Shown: positions 1 to 9,074 of the stretch, piece after piece | Numbering within the stretch: position 1 is the stretch's first letter | Layout: every line of letters starts with the position of its first letter | Origin: a virus | Taxonomy: Duplodnaviria > Heunggongvirae > Uroviricota > Caudoviricetes | IMG/VR virus record: IMGVR_UViG_3300042009_000026 | Span: 253,368-317,367 of that record | Reading direction: 5' to 3' (one strand) | Length of the DNA stretch: 64,000 bases | The notes under the pieces: model-generated | The model's input: only the letters and a program-made list of their open reading frames with translations | The model's database searches: none | What the model was told of the DNA's origin: nothing | Made by a program: the position numbers and the translations under genes

Positions 1-113
1 GCTATACGTGCTGGTTCATGTGGACAATTAGGTTTTAGACAACCTTCAACATTAATGGCGAATTCACATCGATGTTTCCACCACCATTGCTTTAACAACG
101 TAAACAAACTCAT
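1..113 (-). CDS. Small Cys-containing hypothetical protein, runs off window edge
   Basis: ATG at 113 overlaps the upstream stop (ATGA); reads MSLFTLLKQWWWKHRCEFAINVEGCLKPNCPHEP... Confidence 0.55.
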   Translation of the reverse strand, partial: MSLFTLLKQWWWKHRCEFAINVEGCLKPNCPHEPARI

Positions 114-313
114 TTGGTTTCCTCTTGGCGCGCTGCGCGATATCTACGGATGAACTCTTCACCCCTAGTCGGATTTCTTTTGCATTTAGGATGTTCACAA
201 TGAAACGTAGCAGGTGCATTCACATTACACCTACAAATGCCAGAGAAAGCATCAGGCACAATAAGTGCCCTCAGCGTAATTACGTCCCAGACACGCCAAA
301 GGAAATTACCCAT
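110..313 (-). CDS. Small Cys-rich hypothetical protein
   Basis: 67 aa; start overlaps the end of uvsX, GAGG SD; CRC...CEHPKC. Confidence 0.6.
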   Translation of the reverse strand: MGNFLWRVWDVITLRALIVPDAFSGICRCNVNAPATFHCEHPKCKRNPTRGEEFIRRYRAARQEETK

Positions 314-1724
314 TGGTTACTTCCAGAGGAACGATCTTGGCTTTGTCTTCTTTAGACATCCAGTAAGGTTTGTACTCGAAGCGCAACATGCGGATCAAGT
401 CCATAGTTGACAAGAACTTCTTCTCGCACAGGTGTTCTTCTTCTTTAACCATCCAATAGCCACGAGTACCCAACAGGACTTCCCAATCGTAGCCCATCTT
501 CACCAAGCCTTCATACAGAGCCGCTGGAGTAGGTACGTCGAGTTTACGTTGGAACTGGATGAGTTGTAGCATCTCAGATTGAATCTCTACTGCACGACGC
601 AGGAGAGGATCACCGTTAAGCTTCTGCCGTACTTTGGTACGAGACAGAGCGACGTTAGGACGCAGTTCAACGAAATAGTTCTGTACGTTACCACCGATAC
701 CGAAACCATTCTCTTTGCAGTAGTGGAATTCAGTCAGTGCTGGCAGTACGCCTTCGGATTGCGCAACGATGATCGGGAACAACAAATCAGAGATGCCGCC
801 TTTCGAACGCAGGTTCTTAACTTCCAAAATACGGAGGTCCGAGTCACCCTGCATTGCGGTAGCGTTGTCTAATGGATAGACAGGCATCTTATCATTGTTC
901 AGTAGTACCTTGTTCGATACGACGTCCCACACGTTGTTAGGCAGCGAATAGAAACCAGACGATACGCCTTTCAACACGGTATCTTTCTTCATACCGGTCA
1001 AGTTACGTTTATCGGTAGGGTACATGTCCATGTTGATGATGTCACCAACGTGAGCTGTCAAGATGAAATGCGTACCAGTTTTAGCAGCTACCTGAGGCAG
1101 TTGGTTAAACAGTTGGTTCTTCGCCTTACCGTTCGTCATTGCATCGGTGTTGTTCTTGCCATCACCGATCTTGTTCTTGGCGTACATGTCATCAACAGCA
1201 GACACGATAAACTTAGAGAAGCTATCGATGAATGCAGTGGTTGGCTGTAAGCAGACTTTATGCTTCTTGTCTTTATCAACAAACGGAGTAGTTCTGATGT
1301 GCTTCTTCGGATCTTTAGCCTTCTCGTCTAGAGACTTACGAAGTTGGAAAAAGAACTCATCGCCAGTGTACTGAGACAAGTCAGTAAACATGAATTGTGG
1401 ATCATCGTTGAAATCAATTGCTGCGATCTCATCGAAGTGTTTAGCTACAGCAGAGAAGCGTGCAACTGGATTCAATGTACCTTCTGTGTCATAGACCATC
1501 GAGTGGGAACCAGGCATTGCCCGTCGGACCATCGATAACATGTAAACACCAATAGCCGTTTTGAAGTTGTTTGGTCGAGATACAATCCCATTCAAAGCCC
1601 CCAGACCACCGTTGAGGATCATCTCCCCGTGTTCACCCTCTTCATAATGACCAGACGAAATGTCCATCAAACAGCCGACGTTTACCGCCGGTCGGAATGA
1701 CGGCTTCTTAAACTCTTGAAACAT
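306..1724 (-). CDS. uvsX: UvsX/RecA-like recombinase (phiKZ gp152-like)
   Basis: Divergent Walker A (SRPNNFKT), YDTEG, Walker B FIDS, ILTAH, KNLRSK; SD AGAGGA; synteny. Confidence 0.85.
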   Translation of the reverse strand: MFQEFKKPSFRPAVNVGCLMDISSGHYEEGEHGEMILNGGLGALNGIVSRPNNFKTAIGVYMLSMVRRAMPGSHSMVYDTEGTLNPVARFSAVAKHFDEIAAIDFNDDPQFMFTDLSQYTGDEFFFQLRKSLDEKAKDPKKHIRTTPFVDKDKKHKVCLQPTTAFIDSFSKFIVSAVDDMYAKNKIGDGKNNTDAMTNGKAKNQLFNQLPQVAAKTGTHFILTAHVGDIINMDMYPTDKRNLTGMKKDTVLKGVSSGFYSLPNNVWDVVSNKVLLNNDKMPVYPLDNATAMQGDSDLRILEVKNLRSKGGISDLLFPIIVAQSEGVLPALTEFHYCKENGFGIGGNVQNYFVELRPNVALSRTKVRQKLNGDPLLRRAVEIQSEMLQLIQFQRKLDVPTPAALYEGLVKMGYDWEVLLGTRGYWMVKEEEHLCEKKFLSTMDLIRMLRFEYKPYWMSKEDKAKIVPLEVTNG

Positions 1725-1824
1725 GGTATTTCCTCTTTGATGTTATAGTACAATCACTTAATTGAGTTCAAGCGTAATTTTATGTCTAGACTTCAAGAAT
1801 CATTAACACAACAAGGTAGCTACC

Positions 1825-2691
1825 ATGTCCCTCTTTACTCGTTATGGCGACAACGCAGTTGTATCCAATGAATCAGTCGGTGCTCCAACCGTTGATCCGA
1901 TCCGTCAGTTTTATTTCGCTTGTGAAAGCATTTCCATGGAAGCTGCCGAGATGGGTTCCATTGCCGGTTGGTTTGCTCGCATGGGTTCCAACGTATCAAT
2001 GGCAGTTAAACGTGGCTTCGAATTGATGACCACTTATGACTGGGCGCCACTGACCACTCTCTATCCTTCCAACATGAACACAGTAATGCGTTCACTGGAT
2101 TACATGGAGATCCAATCTAAGCCTGTGTCACAACCACGTGGGTTCTCTGGTAACCTGCATGACTACGTGATTGGTTTAGCTCCTCGTATTCAATTGGCAT
2201 GTGCTATCAAAGCAAATGTTATTGATCCAGCTATTCAACGGTTAGGTCACTATGTTACCAATCCAGGTGAACGTGGCGATCGTCGTGACTTCCCAGGTGG
2301 TGCAGCTGATATCGGCCAATTGGCTAAACTGTTAGCAGAAGAAGCAAAGTACTTTAAAGGTGGTTCTGATGCTACTGCTTCGTTTGGTCAACTGTTCTCA
2401 AACAATGCTGAATTCGTTAAAGCTGAATTCCAAATGGTCGAGTATGGCAAACTGTTAGCTCAGACGCCTCCATCGGCTGTTAAAGCATCGGTAGAACAAT
2501 TGTCAGCCGTTGCCCAAGGTTTGTTTAAATCGTTGTCCTCAGAGCGTGACCCTGCGTCTAAGCAACTGATCCAGACAATCGGTAATGAACTGGTAGCCGT
2601 AGCTAAGTGGGTTGAATGGTATGCTGTTCAAATCACTCGCTTAACTGAAACCAATGCTGTGTTCGCACAGCTTGAGCGTGAACTCCGCTGA
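1825..2691 (+). CDS. Virion head protein (phiKZ gp153-like) with N-terminal propeptide
   Basis: N-terminal S/A-x-E motifs (VSNE, ACE, SME); TATG late motif at 1781; synteny next to uvsX. Confidence 0.7.
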   Translation: MSLFTRYGDNAVVSNESVGAPTVDPIRQFYFACESISMEAAEMGSIAGWFARMGSNVSMAVKRGFELMTTYDWAPLTTLYPSNMNTVMRSLDYMEIQSKPVSQPRGFSGNLHDYVIGLAPRIQLACAIKANVIDPAIQRLGHYVTNPGERGDRRDFPGGAADIGQLAKLLAEEAKYFKGGSDATASFGQLFSNNAEFVKAEFQMVEYGKLLAQTPPSAVKASVEQLSAVAQGLFKSLSSERDPASKQLIQTIGNELVAVAKWVEWYAVQITRLTETNAVFAQLERELR

Positions 2692-2700
2692 AGGCATAAA

Positions 2701-2720
2701 GGCTTCCCCTAGGGGAAGCC
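2701..2720. terminator. Bidirectional hairpin between convergent genes
   Basis: GGCTTCCCC-TA-GGGGAAGCC flanked by GGCATA and TATGTCGT. Confidence 0.8.
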
Positions 2721-2729
2721 AATATGTCG

Positions 2730-3143
2730 TTATGCGATAACTACAGGAGACGCACAGATTGCAAACACCCGTTGAATATCATTGCGGAAAGTATCTTCAT
2801 CAGAGTAACGCAGCCAGCAAGGGATTGCCTTACGAATGCGATTCCATCCACAGTCCGGGGAGCTTTTGGCTTCATTTAGACTTGGGATGTCCCTTAAACA
2901 ATGATCCGCAATGCAAGTAGGAAACTTCAATGCATTACCATCACGTACGAGGCACATCTGATCATTCAGTGCCATGGCTTTGCCGTACCGTTCACGAACG
3001 ACATCACCGCCGACCCACTTAGAGTGGATGATGGCTAACACACACATCCGTTTAAAATCATTGTCAAGCTTGGCGCAGAAGCGCAACCCGATTCTTGTGA
3101 AGAACCGAGCAATGACTTTCTGGAGATAGGTTAGTAGTTTCAT
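2730..3143 (-). CDS. Hypothetical protein
   Basis: ORF; start moved to MKLLTY (ATG 3143), just after the RNase H stop. Confidence 0.65.
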   Translation of the reverse strand: MKLLTYLQKVIARFFTRIGLRFCAKLDNDFKRMCVLAIIHSKWVGGDVVRERYGKAMALNDQMCLVRDGNALKFPTCIADHCLRDIPSLNEAKSSPDCGWNRIRKAIPCWLRYSDEDTFRNDIQRVFAICASPVVIA

Positions 3144-3153
3144 GGAATACCCG

Positions 3154-4602
3154 CTATTTAGGTAGAATGAACTGCGTATACGGACTCTGGTAAATTGCAG
3201 ACCCTTCATCCGTCATGAACACAGTCGCGTATGTGTAGGCACGAGGCCCAACAGCAATGACCAACACTTCTACCTTCGTAAACCCAGCACCAATTCGATT
3301 AAGCTGGTTGCGAGTTGGAATGTCCAACCCTAGGCACAGCTTAAGTTCCACGTCTTGCCCGCGAAACTTAATCTTCGGATTAATCGACTCAGTGTTCTGA
3401 GTAATCGATTTCAGAAGTTGTCGGATCTCTTTTTTCCCAGACGAGACCTGTTCGAAAAATGCGGATGTAATTTCATATGTTTCAACCCCATCACCTAAGT
3501 TCCCTGTTAGGTAATCATCCAGTTGTCGCTGGAGCTGCTGGAATGTCGCTACGGCATCGTTTGCCCGTCGCGGAGGGTTGAGGGTACGGCTAACCAATTT
3601 ATAATCGGCAGTCGACAATACCATGATGTCTGTATGCTTCGACAACAGATCCGCGCTAGCCGATTCAATACGGTTACGGATTTGTGCGTTGAACACGTTC
3701 GACAGATTGAGAATCCCCAATTCAGGATTATCACTCGGGAAACATGTTGCATGCATATTGATTACTGATTCCAGATAGGTATCTGGTTCGTAAGCTTTAT
3801 AGACACCAAAGGTTGCTTCGCTGATAGGTCGTCCGATCAACAGATCAGCTTTCGCTAATTTATCTTTCGGTGTATCCTGCGGTTTAAAACCGTAGTTATG
3901 CATACGACCCAGGCTGTACATGTAATAGTAACCGTCTGGTTCTTCACCTGTATTAAACCCGAACAACAAACGTGATTCCAATACTAATGGATTCACTGGT
4001 TGTTTCTTCAGCTTGTTGACTTTCTCGCCTTCTTGTTTGATTTCTACCGGCGCGGATTTGACTTCATGTCCTGCACCCAATAAAGCATTCGCATCAGCTT
4101 TATCGTTACCCATGTCGCCGGAATGACCTTTAACCCAAAAGAGGTCAAGCTTACGCTTAGGTTCTTCCCACGACGTCTTCAGTTCAACCAGACGTTTCCA
4201 ATAGTCAACGTTTGCAACTGGCATCCCATCAGATTTCACCCAATCATTTTTCGCCCACTTCGGAACGTACTGCGTCAGACCCTTACGAACATATTCGCTG
4301 TCCATTAACATGACCATCGATTTCGCAGGTGTCTTTAGTGCATATTCAAATGCACCAATCACAGCCCCTAGTTCACCCGTGTTATTCGTAGGGTTCTTCT
4401 CGATTGCACCATAAGCATCGATATACTCGATAACCGAAACTGTTTCGGCAGCTGGTACATCTTTATACCCTTTCGCTGTCGGTTGTTGTTTCGTCGCTGC
4501 TTTAGACGTCATGGCAACGTTGCTATAGGTGTAACCGTGAATACCCCAACCTGCTTTATTCTGGCGGAATGAACCGTCAGTATAAAGAACAATACCATCC
4601 AT
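3154..4602 (-). CDS. rnhA: Ribonuclease HI with long C-terminal extension (phiKZ gp155-like)
   Basis: YTDGS, TNNTGEL, DSEYV, WVKGHSG..GNDKAD catalytic motifs; SD GAGG. Confidence 0.92.
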   Translation of the reverse strand: MDGIVLYTDGSFRQNKAGWGIHGYTYSNVAMTSKAATKQQPTAKGYKDVPAAETVSVIEYIDAYGAIEKNPTNNTGELGAVIGAFEYALKTPAKSMVMLMDSEYVRKGLTQYVPKWAKNDWVKSDGMPVANVDYWKRLVELKTSWEEPKRKLDLFWVKGHSGDMGNDKADANALLGAGHEVKSAPVEIKQEGEKVNKLKKQPVNPLVLESRLLFGFNTGEEPDGYYYMYSLGRMHNYGFKPQDTPKDKLAKADLLIGRPISEATFGVYKAYEPDTYLESVINMHATCFPSDNPELGILNLSNVFNAQIRNRIESASADLLSKHTDIMVLSTADYKLVSRTLNPPRRANDAVATFQQLQRQLDDYLTGNLGDGVETYEITSAFFEQVSSGKKEIRQLLKSITQNTESINPKIKFRGQDVELKLCLGLDIPTRNQLNRIGAGFTKVEVLVIAVGPRAYTYATVFMTDEGSAIYQSPYTQFILPK

Positions 4603-4658
4603 TATGACGTCCTCTGAAGTAATAAAACTGTACTAGATAATTAACCAGTCCAGTGTTT

Positions 4659-5063
4659 TTACTTACAGGACCTTTTCCATTCCTGATGAGCTTCAAAAAT
4701 ATCCTTGCGTTCTTGCTCGGCATACTTTTCTAAAGCTTTAATATGCGCTGTCAAAATCGCATCTTCATCAGGTTCACCGTTCGCTAAAGCTTCAGGACTA
4801 CTGAATTTTGGACGTGATGGCATTTCACCAGCGGGGGGTAGAACGAAAGCCGCACATTTTGTACTTGGGGTTTGTACGGTCTTTCGCTTAACTACCTTGG
4901 CTGGTTTTTTAGCAGGGGTCTCTTTTATTGTTTTCGTTGACACTCTAGGAGTATTGGAGACTTTGCTGTCGTGAGTCTCAGTGATAAACACGAAACTTTT
5001 CGGCTGATTTAAAACACAACCACTACTCATTACAAGTAGCAAAAATAATAAAACATAACGCAT
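4659..5063 (-). CDS. Outer-membrane lipoprotein, probable o-spanin
   Basis: Signal peptide with lipobox (LLLVMSSGC), Pro-rich segment; directly downstream of an i-spanin-like gene. Confidence 0.65.
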   Translation of the reverse strand: MRYVLLFLLLVMSSGCVLNQPKSFVFITETHDSKVSNTPRVSTKTIKETPAKKPAKVVKRKTVQTPSTKCAAFVLPPAGEMPSRPKFSSPEALANGEPDEDAILTAHIKALEKYAEQERKDIFEAHQEWKRSCK

Positions 5064-5083
5064 GATATACTCCCATTGGTATT

Positions 5084-5371
5084 TTACTTGAGAAGCTCAT
5101 CTAATCGCCGACGCCGGGCGTCGACATCAGGAGTGCTGTGAGTAGCCTTGAGGTCCTCCAGTTCCCGAACGATTGCATGTTTCTCAGCTTTAACAGCATC
5201 CAACTCGGAACTTACCCAGAAGATCGTAGCAAGCATAAGCATGATACAGAACAACATGAAAGTAATGTGCCGGTTTTCCAGCATAACCTCTTTAACAGCA
5301 CGCTCACCGAAGATTGCACGCTTGAGGAAAGGCCACAAGGAGAGCAAGGCTTGAGTAGTTAGGGCGACCAT
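5084..5371 (-). CDS. Inner-membrane protein, probable i-spanin
   Basis: One TM helix (ITFMLFCIMLMLATIFWV) followed by coiled coil; paired with a lipoprotein. Confidence 0.6.
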   Translation of the reverse strand: MVALTTQALLSLWPFLKRAIFGERAVKEVMLENRHITFMLFCIMLMLATIFWVSSELDAVKAEKHAIVRELEDLKATHSTPDVDARRRRLDELLK

Positions 5372-5569
5372 AATAACCTCTAGTCAATATACTAAACTAC
5401 GCCTACCCGTTAACGCACTAACAGCGTTTCTATCGCAAGACAGCTTTTAAAACGGTAGACAATCTTCCCGTGGGAACTCCCCACTCTACCATGACGTTTA
5501 TCGTTAACACAAGCGGGACTATCAATTTTATAGATGGCTTTACCATCGCCCGCTCATGAGGACCGTTAA

Positions 5570-6883
5570 ATGTATAACTTGAAAGGTTTCATTGGATACC
5601 CTTCCCTGGTCAGTAACGTACCTGACCAAGTCGCGAAATTTGGAGAACTGTCCAAGAACAGCTCCACTTACGCAAAAGATGTAACGACCCACACCAGCAC
5701 GTCAGTACCGAATACGGTGTTCTTTTCCTTTCATAGCGTAAGGGATGAAACTCCAGCAGATGTAGATCCAGCAACCAAGGACCTGGTCCTCAAGCTGTCT
5801 AAATATCTGTTGGATCAGGCAATTGCTGGTGCGATTACACAAGATCCACAAGTCGTAAGACAAATGGTGCTGGCCGAATTCGGTCCACTGCTAGAAAGCT
5901 TCTCTACTGGTAAGATGCTTACTAACAACACAATCTGGTTACCAGAGTTTGTTGTCTTTGAGATGTCTGCCCCTACTGAATCAAACCGCGTTCAGTTGTG
6001 GTATGCCGATGATAGCTTCTCTGGTCAGTATGACGAATACGTCATTGAGATTGTTCATCCCCTGATTCCTTACGATGATTTCTTCAATGATCCTCTCGTT
6101 GTGATTCAAGCACTGAAAGATTACAACTTCGATGAGAAGCTGGAAGAAGCACAGGTCATTCGTGCACAGTACCCGTACACCAACTTACGGTCGATGACTT
6201 ACGATTACGTCCACCCGACTAATCCTACTATCCGACAACCTGCTCGTTGGCTTGCATTGCTCTATGGTATTGCTGCCGATAACCAAGACTTTATTAATGA
6301 CAAGATCATTGCTGAGCTCTTGGCGAATTCTACCCATACTCGTGAAGAGTGGGAAAAGATCTTACCTGACTTGTTCAAGAAGACTGAGTTCATCATTACC
6401 CCGTTCTGGGAAAACTATTCTGTACCGACTGGTATTCTAGGTGCTGGTTTCTATAGCCCTACAATTGATCCACGGAAAGAACTACCGTTGCTCCGTCGTA
6501 CTGCTCGTGGTCCTGGCTATACACAAGCCTGGGTTGATGCACAATACGAATTGTCTTCGCACACTTATAAGTCATTGGCATTCGGTGTACTGGGTAACCC
6601 ACAGAACCGTGAAGGCGTTGTAAGATTTTCTGCTAAGTTCCCTGACTATCTATTGGTAACTAACGGCACTGCTGACTTTGACCGAGTCGATCCTTTGACT
6701 ACTGGTGAATGGATGGTGTTGTTTGCTAAGTTGCTGAAAGAAGCAGAGACTATGGATCGCTACACTTCAGTACCTCTTGGTATTTCCCGTATGATTCGTG
6801 ATGGTGTCGTTTACGCTACCGCCATGTTCCAACGTGTGAACTATCTGGTTGTTACTAAGTCTTCCGTAGAAGAGTATACGTAA
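5570..6883 (+). CDS. Virion structural protein (phiKZ gp157-like)
   Basis: 437 aa, SD GAGGA; synteny. Confidence 0.65.
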   Translation: MYNLKGFIGYPSLVSNVPDQVAKFGELSKNSSTYAKDVTTHTSTSVPNTVFFSFHSVRDETPADVDPATKDLVLKLSKYLLDQAIAGAITQDPQVVRQMVLAEFGPLLESFSTGKMLTNNTIWLPEFVVFEMSAPTESNRVQLWYADDSFSGQYDEYVIEIVHPLIPYDDFFNDPLVVIQALKDYNFDEKLEEAQVIRAQYPYTNLRSMTYDYVHPTNPTIRQPARWLALLYGIAADNQDFINDKIIAELLANSTHTREEWEKILPDLFKKTEFIITPFWENYSVPTGILGAGFYSPTIDPRKELPLLRRTARGPGYTQAWVDAQYELSSHTYKSLAFGVLGNPQNREGVVRFSAKFPDYLLVTNGTADFDRVDPLTTGEWMVLFAKLLKEAETMDRYTSVPLGISRMIRDGVVYATAMFQRVNYLVVTKSSVEEYT

Positions 6884-6905
6884 GGGGCCTTCGGGCTCCT
6901 TTATG
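6882..6905 (+). terminator. UUCG hairpin followed by TATG
   Basis: AAGGGGCC-TTCG-GGCTCCTT-TATG right after a stop codon. Confidence 0.7.
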
Positions 6906-6944
6906 CCCAATCTGATGATCCCCTAATTAACAAAAGGCTGAGTC

Positions 6945-7568
6945 ATGGCTAGCGTAATCCCGCAAATCGGAATTAAAGGTCGATGGGAAGTCCGGAGTCC
7001 CTTCTCTACGAAACCAGGCCTTCTATATACCCTCGGTGCGATTCGTTCATTCATCGATATCGAGAACAACGGCGTAAACGTATTTGAAACGTATTACGGT
7101 TCCGTAGCTCTTACCCAGGCACAGTACAGTGAAGATCGCCGTAATGGTGTAATGCTCCTTACTCTGCTTTCCGACACAGATGCACCGCTATACATTCCAT
7201 CGTCATTCATTACTGCATTTCCTTCATTGGACTCGGTAGCGTATCATCATTTGGTTTTGTCTGCATCCTGTGGCGCTTTACCCGTTACAATGTCATTAGA
7301 TTTCTTGACGACCCAAGTCGCTAAAGTAATCTCTGATACCATCGGTGTGGTCCCAACTATTAATATTGGGATTGTACCTTTGTTAAGTGTTGTTACTCCT
7401 GAACAGCATGAAACAAATGAAGCGTTGCGTGAGGCGGCAATTTCTAACCGTACTACCGACTACGCTCGTCTCGCTGAAGAACAGCGTAAAAACGCTTTGC
7501 TTTCTCAACGCTTGGCAGTTGCCGAGAGTATCATCAAGAAACTTAAAGACGAAGGTCTTATCCCTTAA
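6945..7568 (+). CDS. Probable virion protein
   Basis: 207-aa ORF in the structural operon; C-terminal coiled coil. Confidence 0.65.
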   Translation: MASVIPQIGIKGRWEVRSPFSTKPGLLYTLGAIRSFIDIENNGVNVFETYYGSVALTQAQYSEDRRNGVMLLTLLSDTDAPLYIPSSFITAFPSLDSVAYHHLVLSASCGALPVTMSLDFLTTQVAKVISDTIGVVPTINIGIVPLLSVVTPEQHETNEALREAAISNRTTDYARLAEEQRKNALLSQRLAVAESIIKKLKDEGLIP

Positions 7569-7580
7569 CGGAGTTTAATA

Positions 7581-8144
7581 ATGTCTTATCTGAATCCGAA
7601 TAAACTTAAAGCTTTCATGGCCAGCCTGGAAGATAGCGATGGTGTAGCGCGTCAAGTAGACGTTACCAATGCTAGTGCTTCAGCAACCAAAGATCATCCT
7701 GCCTCACCAGAAGCAGAAGCTAACTCTAATGGTGAAGCAGCTACTGCTGCCGATACCGTGAAGGTTGGTGATGGCGACGGCGTTACTCCAACTATTCAAG
7801 ACGCCATCAATGCAGGTGTACAAGTTGGTGAAGACATCACTAAGATGGAAGAAGCCAAAGCAGCTTGTGAACATCACATTGGTGAAGTAGCTAACTACAT
7901 CGACCGTAATGAATCTGTTCCACCATCGTTGGCTGAAGTAATCAAAGTAAGCTTGGCTCGTCATGACCGCAAGTTCTTTGCTCAGACTGTTCCAGCACTG
8001 GAAGCTTTCTCAGCACACACTGGTCGTATGACTACTTCCATTGATCTGTTGAAACGACTGAAGTCTGGCGTTGATACCATCAGCCGTGGTCTGGATGCAG
8101 CCCGCGAACAAAAAGCTCGACTGGAGGCAATTGCACATGGCTAA
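7581..8144 (+). CDS. Inner-head protein family member (propeptide module only)
   Basis: SD GGAG; ASLE and PALE sites; shares the LAEVIKVSL..HDRKFF..VPALE.F block with ORFs 8137 and 9075. Confidence 0.75.
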   Translation: MSYLNPNKLKAFMASLEDSDGVARQVDVTNASASATKDHPASPEAEANSNGEAATAADTVKVGDGDGVTPTIQDAINAGVQVGEDITKMEEAKAACEHHIGEVANYIDRNESVPPSLAEVIKVSLARHDRKFFAQTVPALEAFSAHTGRMTTSIDLLKRLKSGVDTISRGLDAAREQKARLEAIAHG

Positions 8145-8673
8145 GGTAAAACTTTCTAAACTGTTGCCTTCATTGGAATCGGAAGACGGTACCGCGGAAG
8201 TAGTAGAAGCTAAAGAAGTTAGTGCTGAACTGGGCAAAGCCGAAGTTCAACAAGTAGCTGACGATGGTTCGGGTAAAGGCGACGTAGCTGAAGCTGCTCA
8301 AGAAGTAGAAGTTGATGGCAAGGATTATACCGCTATCGATGAAGCTTCTAAACGTCAAGGTGAGATCATTCACAAGCAACTCGAACGTCTACAGGAAACC
8401 GAAGTATCAGTTGAAGCGTATATCGGTGTATTGCATACAGCTGCCGCTGCCAGTGATACTATTGGTTCTGGTGCTGCAGCAGTTATCAAATACGATCTGA
8501 CTTCGCGTTATCCAAAATTCTTTAGTAAGGTTGTTCCATCTGTAGAGTCTTTCGATGGTGAACATGGTCCTGCTCGTACTACTCGACTAGAACGGGTCCT
8601 GCTTGGTAAACTGGGCGAGATCAAAACCAGTATTGCTAAGAAACAAGAACAGTTGACAAAGCTAAAAAAGTAG
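8137..8673 (+). CDS. Inner-head protein family member ending in a -1 slippery site
   Basis: ATG 8137 with GGAGG SD; PSLE, VSVE, PSVE sites; ends CTA AAA AAG TAG. Confidence 0.75.
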   Translation: MAKVKLSKLLPSLESEDGTAEVVEAKEVSAELGKAEVQQVADDGSGKGDVAEAAQEVEVDGKDYTAIDEASKRQGEIIHKQLERLQETEVSVEAYIGVLHTAAAASDTIGSGAAAVIKYDLTSRYPKFFSKVVPSVESFDGEHGPARTTRLERVLLGKLGEIKTSIAKKQEQLTKLKK

Positions 8674-8690
8674 CAGTCTCGAAAGAGACT
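8664..8690 (+). other. Predicted programmed -1 frameshift signal (A_AAA_AAG plus GNRA hairpin)
   Basis: In-frame heptamer 8664-8670, 4-nt spacer, AGTCTC-GAAA-GAGACT at 8675-8690; -1 frame open 8640-9008. Confidence 0.75.
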
Positions 8691-9008
8691 TATCTAGAAG
8701 GTCCTGATAGTACGTTCACGCATCAAGGTAAAACCTACAGCGTAGATCGGTTGTTAGAACTAACCCGTGATCTCCCAGTTGTTCAATTCGACATTACTGA
8801 ACTCGGATGGATGATCGATGATGATTACGATTTAAAAAGAATGAAGGCTGCCGATACGTCGGTTCCTATTTGTGTCTATCAACTACCGAAGTCTGGGGCT
8901 TGGGTAACAATGGATGGTTATCATCGTGTTATCAAAGCACTCTACGTTGAGAAGCGTAAAACGATACCAGCCAAGATTGTTACAGAACAGCTACGTAAAC
9001 AGCTTTAA
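8670..9008 (+). CDS. ParB/Sulfiredoxin-like domain, probably the -1 frameshift extension of ORF 8137
   Basis: PICV...WVTMDGYHRV.KA motif; frame open from 8640 with no ATG/GTG/TTG before TTG 8751, which lacks a clear SD. Confidence 0.7.
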   Translation, partial: VAVSKETYLEGPDSTFTHQGKTYSVDRLLELTRDLPVVQFDITELGWMIDDDYDLKRMKAADTSVPICVYQLPKSGAWVTMDGYHRVIKALYVEKRKTIPAKIVTEQLRKQL

Positions 9009-9019
9009 CTAAATCATTC

Positions 9020-9047
9020 GGTTGGTGCCTCTGGTACCAACCTTATG
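9020..9047 (+). terminator. Hairpin followed by TATG (possible late promoter for ORF 9075)
   Basis: GGTTGGTGCC-TCT-GGTACCAACC-T-TATG. Confidence 0.55.
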
Positions 9048-9074
9048 TAACTTTAATCCGCGGAGTAACACCAC

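Noticed and set aside
8751-9008. Stand-alone 85-aa gene starting at TTG 8751
   Set aside because: No clear SD, and the frame continues upstream to the slippery site with a protease-type motif; the frameshift model is preferred but unproven.
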